DNA of 42,256 nt from Macrostomum lignano (GCA_002269645.1 NIVC01001328.1:1-42256); one strand, 5' to 3'. Positions 1-12,245 are shown, numbered from the stretch's first letter. Notes: a model not told the origin generated them from the letters alone. Made by a program: numbers and translations.

Positions 1-207
1 ATGACCCCTGAGATAATTATAAATTTAATGACCCCTGAGATAATTATGCATTTAATGACCCCCTGAGATAATTATGCATTTAATGACCCCCCGCCGTGAT
101 AATTATAGATTTAATGATTCCTGAGATAATTATAGATTTAATGACCCCTAAGATAATTATAGATTTAATGACCCCCTAAGATAATTATGGATTTAATGAC
201 CACTGAG
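1..207. repeat. Minisatellite, ~27-28 bp unit (atttaatgacccctgagataattat..), ~7 copies, cut by the window start; probably intronic in TOP3A
   Basis: tttaatgacc recurs at 24, 51, 79 and onward with unit-length variation. Confidence 0.9.
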
Positions 208-376
208 GTCAATCAGCATGCCATGAAAATTAAGTCACGACCCCTGTGAGGTAACCCCTCGGTTGATTTCAACGCTATGACCCACTTTGACACCGTGAGG
301 AAACTTAACAGATGTTAAAGACTTGTGAGTATGCCAAATAACTATTCTAGAAGTACTCTATTACCCATCCCGCCAG

Positions 377-889
377 GTATTCGAGCTGATCGCTCGCCAC
401 TTCCTAGCCTGCTGCTCCAAAGACGCCGTGGGTCGGGAGGTCAAAGTCGGCATAGACATCAACGGCGAAGGCTTCGAAGCCAAAGGCCTGACCATCATTG
501 AGCGCAACTACCTGGAGGTGTACATCTACGATAAATGGGTTGATAAAGAACTGCCGCTGTTCCAGCAGGGCCAGCAGTTTCAGCCTAGCAACATCAGCCT
601 GATTGACGGGTGCACGACAGCTCCGGCCCTCCTAACCGAGGCCGACCTGATCGCCCTGATGGACCGGCACGGCATTGGAACAGATGCTACTCACGCTGAG
701 CACATTGAAACTGTGAAACAGCGCCTGTATGTCGGGCTGCAGGACGCCAGGTATCTGGTGCCTGGCCAGCTGGGCATTGGCCTGGTCGAAGGCTACGACG
801 CAATGGGATTTCAAATGTCCAAGCCGGACCTGCGCTCGGCGCTGGAAGCCGATTTGAAAGCCATCTGCGAGGGCCGGCGTTCTAAACAG
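377..889 (+). CDS. TOP3A: DNA topoisomerase III alpha, internal coding exon (C-terminal part of the type IA topoisomerase core)
   Basis: Acceptor cgccag|gta at 376/377 and donor cag|gtaagg at 889/890 give 513 nt in phase 0. Translation VFELIARHFLACCSKDA...LLTEADLIALMDRHGIGTDATHAEHIET...GIGLVEGYDAMGFQMSKPDLRSALEADLKAICEG closely matches the eukaryotic TOP3A sequence as I recall it. Confidence 0.95.
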
Positions 890-905
890 GTAAGGCAACT
901 TCTCT

Positions 906-1078
906 GTTAGAGTGTCGGACTCACGGCTGAAAGGTCGGGGGTTCGATTCCCGACCCACTCTGGACAATTTGTGTCCTTGAGCAAGACACTTAACTCTGCA
1001 TTGCTTCAGTTCACCCAGCTGTAAAATGGGTGCCAGCATTAGCTGGGGTAATTGAGGGTGTGTGGCGACCCCCCCCCA
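906..1078 (+). mobile_element. tRNA-derived SINE with CORE (MIR-like) domain, in a TOP3A intron
   Basis: tRNA-like head with B-box ggttcgattcc, then tgtgtccttgagcaagacacttaactct...cttcagttcacccagctgtaaaatggg, which aligns with the MIR CORE consensus (tgtgaccttgggcaagtcacttaacctct...cctcagtttcctcatctgtaaaatggg). Near-identical second copy at 36939-37114 (-). Confidence 0.8.
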
Positions 1079-1292
1079 GTCCTTGGACTGAACAGCCGTA
1101 GAATCGAACCGCGACCTTTGAGGCAAGCTTCTCGTTTCTTAGAATAGGATTTTAAAGCTACTTAATAGGCAGTAGTATCGATGGCATATTTATTGTTTTT
1201 GACAGTAAAATACTAAATAAATGAGGTTGAGATACTTAGCAATCAATAATATCGATTTTTCGTTCTCTCTCTCTGTTTTTCTCCCATCTCAG

Positions 1293-2814
1293 GACGTGCT
1301 CAGCTTCCATATTGAACGCTACAGGCGCGTATTTGATGAAGCGTGTCGCCAGGCCAACCTGCTGGACGCCCGGGTCGGCCACTACTTGGACGAACAGCCG
1401 GCCGAAGCGCCCCAGCTACCCGCTGGCGAAGCCGGTGGTCAGGCCAATTCGACCAACTTGGTGAGGCGCTGCCCGCAGTGCTCAGCGGCCGACATGGCGC
1501 TCAAGACTAAGCGAGACGGCTCCAGTTACTACGTTGGCTGCCTGGCCTATCCGACCTGCAAGCGCGCTGTCTGGCTGCCCGAGTCTGTCCGCCGGGCCGC
1601 CGTGTCCGATCAGAACTGTCCGACTTGTTCAACGGGCGGCGGCGGACGGACAGGTGCGAAAGCTGACGCTGCAGTTCAGCCAGGCGGCTCCGATGCCGTT
1701 CCGCGACTTGGCCGAGCACACCATCTGCGTCTTCTGCGATCCCGACTATGTTGGCGCGTTTGGCGGCGCTGCTAGCACCGTTGGAGGCGGAGGTGGCGGT
1801 GGCCAACCAAAACCATCCACTGCTATTAGTTTCCATGCCAACGAGCTGCAGGCAGCATCGATGCAGCAGCGTCTGTTTCTGCAGCCGCAGGATCGGCAGA
1901 CTTTTGCTGTGCAGGCGCCAGCGCCAATGCAGCAGCAGCCGCCGCCGCAGCCTCCAGGAGGTGCCTCCAACGCCGCTCCGGGCACCTGCGCTTGCGGTAC
2001 ACCTGTACGAGAACTGACTGTACGCAAAGAAGGCCCAAATAAGGGCAGACAATTCTACAAGTGCGCCACTGGTACCTGCAATCATTTCCAATGGGCTGAT
2101 GCGCCACCTGGAGGCGGAGGCGGCGGTGGCGGTGGATTTGCTGGTGCATCGTTTTCAGCGTCGTCCACGCAATACGGTGGTGGCGGCGATTTTGGAAGCG
2201 GTGGAGGCGGTGGCTTCGGTGGAAACAGCGGCTTCGGCGGTGGTGGAGGCGGTGGCTTCGGTGGTGGTGGAGGTGGCGGAAGCAGCGGCTTCGGCGGTGG
2301 TGGAGGCGGTGGCTTCGGTGGTGGTGGAGGTGGCGGAAGCAGCGGCTTCGGCGGTGGTGGAGGTGGAAGCGGCGGCGGAGCTGCCTCAGGCGTCAGTTGC
2401 AAGTGCGGCGAGCCGGCCGCGAGCGGACGGTGCAGAAAGACGGGCCAAACAAAGGCAGGCCGTTCTTCGGCTGCGCTAAGCCGATGAATCAGAGCTGCAA
2501 CTTCTTTCAGTGGGGCGACGAGCCCGCTGGCGGCGGCGGGTGGTGGCGGTGGTGGCGGCAGCGGCTTTGCCAACAGTAGCTTTGGCAGCGGCAGCAGCAG
2601 AGGTGGCTTCAGCCGTGGCGGCGGCGGCGGCGCGGCGGCGGCGGCGGCTTCCAAAAGGCCAACAGCCATGGCAACCGACGCTCCGGCGGCGGCGGCGGCG
2701 GCGGCGCGGCGCAGCGACGGCGGTGGCGGTGACGGGCAGAAAAAGCAACGCAAGTGCGGCGCCTGCGGACAGCCGGGCCACACTAGAAACCGATGCGCAA
2801 TGTTTATCAACTAG
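1293..2814 (+). CDS. TOP3A: TOP3A terminal exon: C4 zinc ribbon, two GRF zinc fingers, Gly-rich linkers and a C-terminal CCHC knuckle; three apparent single-base frameshifts (~1645, ~2420, ~2538)
   Basis: Acceptor atctcag|gac at 1292/1293. Motifs CPQC..MALKTK..YYVGCLAYPTC; CACGTPVRELTVRKEGPNKGRQFYKC; CKCGEPA/ERTVQKDGPNKGRPFFGC..CNFFQW; KQRKCGACGQPGHTRNRC then TAG at 2812-2814. Domains are spread over the 1221, 1534 and 2397 ORF-track frames. Confidence 0.88.
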
Positions 2815-3743
2815 CAGGCCCTTGAGCCAGTGTTTTATTGTTTCGATACGATTTTCGACTTACTTTCTCGATGCAAATTAAGCAGCATTTCTTCCTACCT
2901 TTTTTACTAGTTACTTTCTCAATAGTAAAGCGGTGTTATCTGTGTTGCTACCAGGCAACGAATATAGCATGTAAATCTTGCAAAAATATATCAAGAAACG
3001 TTTATATTGTTTATTCTTTGTTTCGTTTGTCAAGCATGTTTTTTATAAGTTTTAAATTCTAATTTTTACATTGGCAGTGTTTTTATTTGGCGTTTCTTGT
3101 TTACCGTATTAGGGGAGCTGCATTGGAGGAGCTGCATATAGTCGCAGGGGGCGTTGGCCGCCCCTGGCGTAATCACTGAGGCAATTCTGCCCATTCCGCT
3201 GACTTCTGAACACATACAAGCGCGGTCAATACTGTAGGCAGCATATGTACTCTATAACTTAGTGATTAAATAAATTATAGGGAATGGAGTTTTTTATTTT
3301 TTGAGCACAAAATTTGCAATTACTTTATAGTCTTCACATTCAGTAGTAAGCCTTCATTAAATTAGAATAAAATGCCTGATTTATAGGCCATAAATAAATT
3401 TATTTGTTTTAATTTATGAATTAGGGTTGTGGCGCGAGAGTCAGACGCTTTTGGCACCTGAGTTGCTCCGCCTTAGCGTTGCCCAAACTGAGGTATTGAA
3501 TTTCTCGGCTTTGCCTGACTAATAGATTAGAACTCTCTCAAAGCCTTTTGTGCTGCTGTCTTTTGTCCTTGTTGGTAGGCTCTCAATTCAACTTTAAAAT
3601 TGAAATAATAGTTCCCGTTGTCATTGGCAACGTGGATATACAAGCTTGCCGGATGAGCAGAAAAGGCAGACAGATCGGAATGAAGCGATCGATGTGGAGA
3701 GCAAAGTTGAGAAGTCAAGCTTAGAGGTTTGACTTTGGCGTCC

Positions 3744-4231
3744 ATGGCAATTCTGTATCGAGCTCAGCCGCTTCTTGTCCTCACACTTTATGCTGTTGCT
3801 GTCCGGCTGTCGCGGGCGGCCATTCGCCTCGGTGGCTACTGTGACAGCCAGCCGGACGCTTTCGCTTGCAGTCCGGGCGCGTGGCCGGCGCCACAATCGG
3901 CGCCATCTTATCTGTCGGCCTGTTAGTTGGAATCATCGCCGCCTGCTGTCTGTGGCGCCATCGGGCTAACAAAGTGCGCTGCAGCAGGTCAACCGCTCGG
4001 CAGCAGCTACCAGAGCCGGCTGGGCAGATCCCCATGGTCCCAGCGATGTGGCCGCCGCCTCCGCCGTACAGTCCGCCAGCAGTTGGAGCTGGCGCTCTCC
4101 GCAATGCCGGCTTTGCTGCAGACGAATGCTTTGAAGAGCCGCAACAGCCGCCGCCGACGCCACCGCATCTAGATTCCATTCAAGACAGTCCGCTGAAGCA
4201 GAAGCAGCTGGAAATACCACCAGTCAGTTAG
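3744..4231 (+). CDS. Small single-pass type I membrane protein (signal peptide, short 2-Cys ectodomain, TM, cytoplasmic PPPPY motif); one apparent 1-nt deletion at ~3879
   Basis: ATG 3744 MAILYRAQPLLVLTLYAVAVRLSRA (signal-like). Restoring one base joins SPG-A to VAGATIGAILSVGLLVGIIAACCLW (TM), then RHR stop-transfer, WPPPPPYSPP, and TAG at 4229-4231. Confidence 0.6.
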
Positions 4232-4691
4232 AAGTTGACTCAGCATGTGCGCTGCTTCTTTTAAAGTGCACCGCCTTCTTTTCATCGCGAAAGAAGTTTT
4301 TTTTTAAAGTTAGATTTTTTAGGTTAACAAACTTCACCGAAAGACACTTAACTAGGATTGAGCGCTTCTTTAATTAAATACTACGATACGTTACGCTCGT
4401 AACTCAAGTTAAATACATTTACTACATAAGGTTACACGGCTCTTCTTTTTAACTTTAAAGTTGACAGAACACTTGAGCTCTTTATTACGTCAGTGGAATA
4501 GTTTCGTTCAGTATGCTCTAGAGAATGCACAGCTAGGCCTGAATGGGGTTCCGCCATAGACAAATCCGATTTCACTGAACGCACTGGCGATACGGCCGGC
4601 CTCCAGCTGATTTCTAAGAAAATCAAGTGTAGCGTGTTTCTGCTTCAGTTGCCCGTGTGTCTACTCGTAGATTCGGGTTGGCAAACTTTTT

Positions 4692-4808
4692 ACTTAAGGG
4701 GCCAGATATGAGAGGGGAGATGAGAGGGGCGAATAACAAGAGAGCTGAGAAGAGACAAACTTTGAACAGGCCGGATTGCTATTGTGAATTTTCAAAGGAT
4801 CCGAGGGT
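4692..4808 (+). repeat. Dispersed repeat, short copy, related to the flanks of the GA-rich tract at 11657-12320
   Basis: Collinear shared blocks ttaagg(g)gccagat / gagatgaga / aagagagctga / aagagaca / attgctattgtgaa.tttcaaagga.ccgag. Confidence 0.65.
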
Positions 4809-4814
4809 CGTATA

Positions 4815-5383
4815 GTAAATTTGTACAGCTACTGCAGAAATTTGTACAGCTACTGCAGTAAATTTGTACAGCTACTGCAGTAAATTTGTACAGCTACTGC
4901 AGTAAGTTTGTACAGCTACTGCAGTAAGTTTGTACAGCTACTGCAGTAAATTGGTACAGCTACTGCAGTAAATTTGTACAGCTACTGCAGTAAGTTTGTA
5001 CAGCTACTGCAGTAAATTGGTACAGCTACTGCAGTAAATTTGTACAGCTACTGCAGTAAGTTTGTACAGCTACTGCAGTAAATTGGTACAGCTACTGCAG
5101 TAAATTTGTACAGCTACTGCAGTAAGTTTGTACAGCTACTGCAGTAAATTGGTACAGCTACTGCAGTAAATTTGTACAGCTACTGCAGTAAATGTGTACA
5201 ACCACTGCAGTAAATTTGTACAGCTACTGCAGTAAATTGTACAGCTACTGCAGTAAATTTGTACAGCTACTGCAGTAAGTTTGTACAGCTACTGCAGTAA
5301 ATTGGTACAGCTACTGCAGTAAATTTGTACAGCTACTGCAGTAAATGTGTACAACCACTGCAGTAAATTTGTACAGCTACTGC
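4815..5383. repeat. Minisatellite, 22-bp unit gtaaatttgtacagctactgca, ~26 copies, with a 66-bp (3-unit) higher-order pattern
   Basis: Direct periodicity (e.g. 4880 to 4902); variants aattt/agttt/aattgg cycle in triplets from ~4945. Confidence 0.95.
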
Positions 5384-6122
5384 GCAGTTGACTGTCAAAG
5401 TAATCTAATCAAAAACGTTTTTCCTATGCTAGTCGCAGATAAATCTCGTGTACGCTTGTACTTCTGATAATATTGGCACGCACATTGTACTCTTTAGAGT
5501 TTAAATTCAAATTATAACTTCTGTCTAAAACAACCAAAACACAAATGATATTACAAGTACAGTCCAAAAATGTTCACGAACCATTAATCGGTTTTATGAA
5601 TAAAAATATATAAACTTCCTAGAAACCCATTGCCTTTTTAGGCCTTTGATTGGAAGGAGGTCTTTCAGGTCTATGAGTGGATAAAATAGTGTTAGTATGG
5701 CACCCCATATATGGATAAACAAGATAATTCTATAGCTGGATTCAAATACTGATTGAGCACGGCTAACTCTGTGGTCAGTCGCCCATATGCTGCCTAAACA
5801 ATGGTGATAATTAGCTGGTGACGGATGCCAAACATTAATATTAACGTACACTACCTATACAGTAGCGCTTCCTTATATTTACCCACGGCTAACTTGCTGA
5901 GTCAATAGACTCGGTGTGGGATCTGTTAGGCTATATATGCAGCGATAGAAAGCCAGCAATTGCAAAGGCTAATTGTGCATGTACGTGACGAATCCGGAAG
6001 GTTCTCCTGATCTTTGAAATCCATTAGCAATCACAAAGGCGTTCAGTTTGCTATGGTGAGTTTTTGCAGAGCAGTTGATGAGGTGTTTATCCATCTATAC
6101 ATCATATCGCGCATCAATGTAG

Positions 6123-6315
6123 GAATTCGCGCAGCTTGAGCAGATGCCGGAGCTGAAGCGCATCCTGCACGAGGACGACGCGGAGTCGCTGATCGTCCAG
6201 CTCGAGCTGGCCAAGCCCCTCTCTCTGCAGCAGATTCTGCAGCTTGGTATCGAGCAGCTGGGTGAAGACGCCGGCACTGATGACTGCATCAAGTGCGGCA
6301 GGCCCGACTTCACTT
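6123..6315 (+). pseudogene. Truncated duplicate of the N-terminal coding region of the TRP-like gene at 40377
   Basis: ctgaagcgcatcctgcacgaggacgac...aagtgcggcagg.ccgacttcac matches ~40386-40548 with about five substitutions; homology stops abruptly and the frame ends at TAA 6357-6359. Confidence 0.8.
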
Positions 6316-6534
6316 TTGGCAGTGCGAAGCTGCAGTTTTGCTTCTTGAACAGTGGATAACAACTGGGGGTCAACATATTCAATAGTAACGGAATCTACTT
6401 TGTACAGTGGGTAACTAAGTAGTTTTGATGAGTTAAATTTATCTCATCCATTATAACTAAAAGCTAACTCGTAACTCGTAAAAGCTAACGGTAAATAATA
6501 ATAGATACAAGTACTTATATAGTTTACTACAGTT

Positions 6535-9500
6535 GTCACCTAACCATTATTTTGTCATCCAACTGATATCTATTGCCACCTAACTGATATCTTTTGTCAC
6601 CTAACTGATTTGTATTGTCACCTAACTGATATCTATTGTCACCTAACTGATATCTATTGTCACCTAACTGATATCTATTGTTACCTAACTGATATCTATT
6701 GTCACCTAACTGATATCTATTGTCACCTAACTGATATCTATTGTCACCTAACTGATATCTATTGTTACCAAACTGATATCTATTGTCACCTAACTGATAT
6801 CTATTGTCACCTAACTGATAAATATTGTCACCTAACTGATATCTATTGTCACCTAACTGATATCCATTGTCACCGAACTGATATCTATTGTCACCTAACT
6901 GATATCTATTGTCATCTAACTGATACCTATTGTCACCTTACTGATATCTATTATCACCTAACTGATACCTATTGTCACCTAACTGATATCTATTGTTTTC
7001 AACTAACTGATACCTATTGTCACCGAACTGATATCTATTGTCACCTAACTGATATCTATTGTTGTCACCTAACTGATACCTATTGTCACCTAACTGATAT
7101 CTATTGTTGTCACCTAACTGATACCTATTGTCACCTAACTGATATCTATTGTTGTCACCTAACTGATACCTATTGTCACCTAACTGATATCTATTGTCAC
7201 CCAACTGATATCTATTGTCACCTAACTGATATCTATTGTCACCTAACTGATATCTATTGTCACCTAACTGATACCTATTGTCACCTAAATGATATCTATT
7301 GTTGTCACCTAACTGATACCTATTGTCACCTAAATGATATCTATTGTTGTCACCTAACTGATATCTATTGTCACCCAACTGATATCTATTGTCACCTAAA
7401 TGATATATATTGTCACCTAACTGATATCTATTGTCACCCAACTGATATCTATTGCCACCTAACTGATATCTTTTGTCACCTAACTGATTTGTACTGTCAC
7501 CTAACTGATATCTATTGTCACCTAACTGATATCTATTGTCACCTAACTGATATCTATTGTTACCAAACTGATATCTATTGTCACCTAACTGATATCTATT
7601 GTCACCTAACTGATATCTATTGTCACCTAACTGATATCTATTGTCACCTAACTGATATCTATTGTCACCTAACTGATATCTATTGTCACCTAACTGATAT
7701 CTATTGTCACCTAACTGATATCTATTGTCACCTAACTGATATCTATTGTCACCTAACTGATATCTATTGTCACCTAACTGATATCTATTGTCACCCAACT
7801 GATATCTATTGTCACCTAACTGATATCTATTGTCACCTAACTGATATCTATTGTCACCGAACTGATACCTATTGTCACCTAACTGATATCTACTGTCACC
7901 TAACTGATACCTATTGTCACCTAACTGATATCTATTGTCACCTAACTGATATCTATTGTCACCTAACTGATACCTATTGTCACCTAACTGATATCTATTG
8001 TCACCTAACTGATATCTATTGTCACCTAACTGATATCTATTGTCACCTAACTGATACCTATTGTCACCTAAATGATATCTATTGTCACCTAACTGATATC
8101 TATTGTCACCTAACTGATATCTATTGTCACCTAACTGATATCTATTGTCACCTAACTGATAAATATTGTCACCTAACTGATACATATTGTCACCTAACTG
8201 ATATCTATTGTCACCTAACTGATATCTATTGTCACCGAACTGATACCTATTGTCACCTAAATGATATCTACTGTCACCTAACTGATACCTATTGTCACCT
8301 AACTGATACCTATTGTCACCTAACTGATATCTATTGTCACCTAACTGATATCTATTGTCACCCAACTGATATCTATTGTCACCTAACTGATATCTATTGT
8401 CACCTAACTGATATCTATTGTCACCTAACTGATATCTATTGTCACCTAACTGATATCTATTGTCACCTAACTGATATCTATTGTCACCTAACTGATATCT
8501 ATTGTCACCTAAATGATATCTACTGTCACCTAACTGATACCTATTGTCACCTAACTGATATCTATTGTCACCTAACTGAAATCTATTGTCACCTAACTGA
8601 TATCTATTGTCACCTAACTGATATCTATTGTCACCGAACTGATACCTATTGTCACCTAACTGATATCTATTGTCACCTAAATGATATCTACTGTCACCTA
8701 ACTGATACCTATTGTCACCTAACTGATACCTATTGTCACCTAACTGATATCTATTGTCACCTAACTGATATCTATTGTCACCCAACTGATATCTATTGTC
8801 ACCTAACTGATATCTATTGTCACCTAACTGATACATATTGTCACCTAACTGATATCTATTGTCACCTAACTGATATCTATTGTCACCGAACTGATACCTA
8901 TTGTCACCTAACTGATATCTACTGTCACCTAACTGATACCTTTTGTCACCTAACTGATATCTATTGTCACCTAACTGATATCTATTGTCACCTAACTGAT
9001 ACCTATTGTCACCTAACTGATACCTATTGTCACCTAACTGATATCTATTGTCACCTAAATGATATCTATTGTCACCCAACTGATATCTATTGTCACCTAA
9101 CTGATATCTATTGTCACCTAACTGATATCTATTGTCACCTAACTGATATCTATTGTCACCTAACTGATATCTATTGTCACCTAACTGATATCTATTGTCA
9201 CCTAAATGATATCTATTGTCACCTAACTGATATCTATTGTCACCTAACTGAAATCTATTGTCACCTAACTGATATCTATTGTCACCTAACTGATATCTAT
9301 TGTCACCGAACTGATACCTATTGTCACCTAACTGATATCTACTGTCACCTAACTGATACCTTTTGTCACCTAACTGATATCTATTGTCACCTAACTGATA
9401 TCTATTGTCACCTAACTGATACCTATTGTCACCTAACTGATATCTATTGTCACCTAACTGATATGTATTGTCACCTAACTGATATCTATTGTCACCTAAC

Positions 9501-9586
9501 TGAAATCTATTGTCACCTAACTGATATCTATTGTCACCTAACTGATATCTATTGTCACCTAACTGATATCTATTGTCACCTAACAG
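6535..9586. repeat. Minisatellite, 21-bp unit tattgtcacctaactgatatc, ~145 copies (~3 kb), with internal block duplications
   Basis: Direct periodicity; explains the 996-aa (CHLTDIY)n and 890-aa (QLGDNRY)n ORFs. Variant runs repeat, e.g. 8880-9000 vs 9300-9420 (420-bp offset). Confidence 0.97.
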
Positions 9587-10101
9587 TCCAACGCATCTAA
9601 TTTTAAACACATTTAACAGTTTAACAGTAACAGTGAATACAAAAAGAAATTTATTCTCCAGTGTCTGCTAAAAGCATTAATTTTTATCGCAGCATTGTTC
9701 TCAAAGCAAGAAATGAAATAAATCTGTTCATTCGAGAAGAATCAATTCCTATTGCATTAATCCAGCAAGAATCCACTATATATTAAACTGATTGAACTGA
9801 TGCAAGGCAAGCATTTGTCTACTCTGATACAGTAGCCTGATATTGAAACACGAGACTCTCTGAAACAATGATGCAGTATTGAACGCGTATTGGATGCAGT
9901 GTGCATTTTTATCCCGTTTTAATCACTGCCGAATCATGCTAGCCTGTCATTGTTTTGCATGGTTACGAGGAGCATTCTGTAGCTGGCAATAAGAGAGGCT
10001 CGAACCATCTATATAGGGATTAATTTAATAATTCCAACTCTCTGCTGGTTAACAAACTAACAGTTTGCAGAAACTCCAGCTTTTATTGAAATCAAATGAT
10101 C

Positions 10102-11130
10102 CAGATAGGTGATTCCCAGTAGATAATCACTCCCAGATAGCTGATTCTCTGTAGATAATCACTCCCAGATAGCTGATTCTCTGTAGATAATCACTCCCAG
10201 ATAGCTGATTCTCTGTAGATAATCACTCCCAGATAGCTGATTCTCTGTAGATAATCACTCCCAGATAGCTGATTCTCTGTAGATAATCACTCCAGATAGC
10301 TGATTCTCTGTAGATAATCACTCTCAGATAGCTGATTCTCTGTAGATAATCACTCCCAGATAGCTGATTCTCTGTAGATAATCACTCCCAGATAGCTGAT
10401 TCTCTGTAGATAATCACTCCAGATAGCTGATTCTCTGTAGATAATCACTCTCAGATAGCTGATTCTCTGTAGATAATCACTCCGCAGATAGCTGATTCTC
10501 TGTAGATAATCACTCCCAGATAGCTGATTCTCTGTAGATAATCACTCCCAGATAGGTGATTCCTTGTAGATAATCACTCCCAGATAGGTGATTTGCAATA
10601 TAGATAATCACTCCAGATAGGTGATTTGCAATATAGATAATCACTCCCAGATAGGTGATTTGCAATATAGATAATCACTCCCAGATAGGTGATTCTCTGT
10701 AGATAATCACTCCCAGATAGCTGATTCTCTGTAGATAATCACTCCCAGATAGGTGATTCCTTGTAGATAATCACTCCCAGATAGGTGATTCTCTGTAGAT
10801 AATCACTCCCAGATAGCTGATTCTCTGTAGATAATCACTCCCAGATAGGTGATTCTCTGTAGATAATCACTCCCAGATAGCTGATTCTCTGTAGATAATC
10901 ACTCCCAGATAGCTGATTCTCTGTAGATAATCACTCCCAGATAGGTGATTCCTTGTAGATAATCACTCCTAGATAGGTGATTTGCAATATAGATAATCAC
11001 TCCAGATAGGTGATTTGGCAATATAGATAATCACTCCCAGATATGGGACTCGCTAGTGTGGACAGTCGCTTTATCACCCGGTAGATAATCAACTCCCAGG
11101 TGAATGATTAGACTGTAGATAATCATCCCC
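10102..11130. repeat. Minisatellite, 32-bp unit gtagataatcactcccagatagctgattctct, ~32 copies
   Basis: Periodicity 10151 to 10183; includes +/-1 nt variants and an ataggtgatttgcaatat subtype. Confidence 0.95.
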
Positions 11131-11744
11131 TATGTTAGGCAAAGCCTGACAAAGAAACGGCCTTCCCTAGATAGGGGTTTATTTTTAAGCAGGACCTCAA
11201 AATGCACAAGAACCTCAGCAGAAGGAAGCTACGATGCAGAGCTCACAAATTGCAATTTTAAGCGCGGCTGCAGGTGGCCGGAGGAGAAGGTGACACGGAC
11301 AATTTGAGTGGCAACAAACAGAGGCCAGGTTTGCGTGTAAATCTGTGAGAGCGGCTCAAGGCGGAGCAGAGTCGGGGCTGAGCAGGATGAACAGCTGCAC
11401 AAAAAGCCAGTCCCAATTACAGGCTGGTCTCACGACTGTCCCGAGCTTGGGTCCTCTTGTCCTTGTTGAGACTGCGTGAGGACTGCAGCTACTGAGCTCA
11501 AGGCTTCGCTTTGACAATTATCAATCGGAATTAGTCTGAGCCCTCTCTCTCCAGTGTTTAATAGACTTTTACTAAACACTCGTCACTTGTTTTTCAACCC
11601 CTCTTCATTTATTCATCAAATACTGTGAATTAGTGCCGAGGTAGGCTAACTCTTTGTCTTAAGGGCCAGATGGAGAACCTGGCCCATGACTGCGGGCCAC
11701 AGGAGGGAGAGAGGAGATGGAATAGAAAAGAGACGAGAGAAGAT

Positions 11745-12245
11745 AATAGAAGGGAGAGGAGAAGAGATAAGAAAGGAGAGAGGAGAGGAGGGAGAGAAAG
11801 AAGAGAGAGAGGAGAGGAGAGGAGAGGAGAGGAGAGAGGAGAGGAGAGGAGAGGAGAGGAGAGGAGAGGAGAGGAGAGGAGAGGAGAGGAGAGGAGAGAG
11901 GAGAGGAGAGGAGAGGAGAGGAGAGGAGAGAAGAGAGGAGACAAGAGGAGAGGAGAGGAGAGAAGAGAGGAGACAAGAGGAGAGGAGAGGAGAGAAGAGG
12001 AGAGAAGAGAAGAGAGGAGACAAGAGGAGAGGAGAGGAGAGGAGAGGAGAGGAGAGGAGAGGAGAGGAGAGGAGAGGAGAGAGGAGAGGAGAGAAGAGAG
12101 GGGAGAGGAGAGGAGAGGAGAGGAGAGGAGAGGGGAGGAGAGGAGAGGAGAGGAGAGGAGAGGAGAGGAGAGGAGAGGAGAGAAGAGGAGAGGAGAGAGG
12201 AGAGGAGAGGAGAGGAGAGGAGAGAAGAGAGGGAGAGATGAGATT
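11745..12245. repeat. (GGAGA)n polypurine microsatellite, ~500 bp, embedded in a dispersed repeat (11657-12320)
   Basis: Almost pure A/G on the + strand; source of the EERRG and SSPLL ORFs. Confidence 0.95.

Noticed and set aside
906-960. Functional tRNA gene
   Set aside because: Only a partial D-arm to T-arm with a B-box, no acceptor stem, and it runs into a SINE CORE domain present twice in the window
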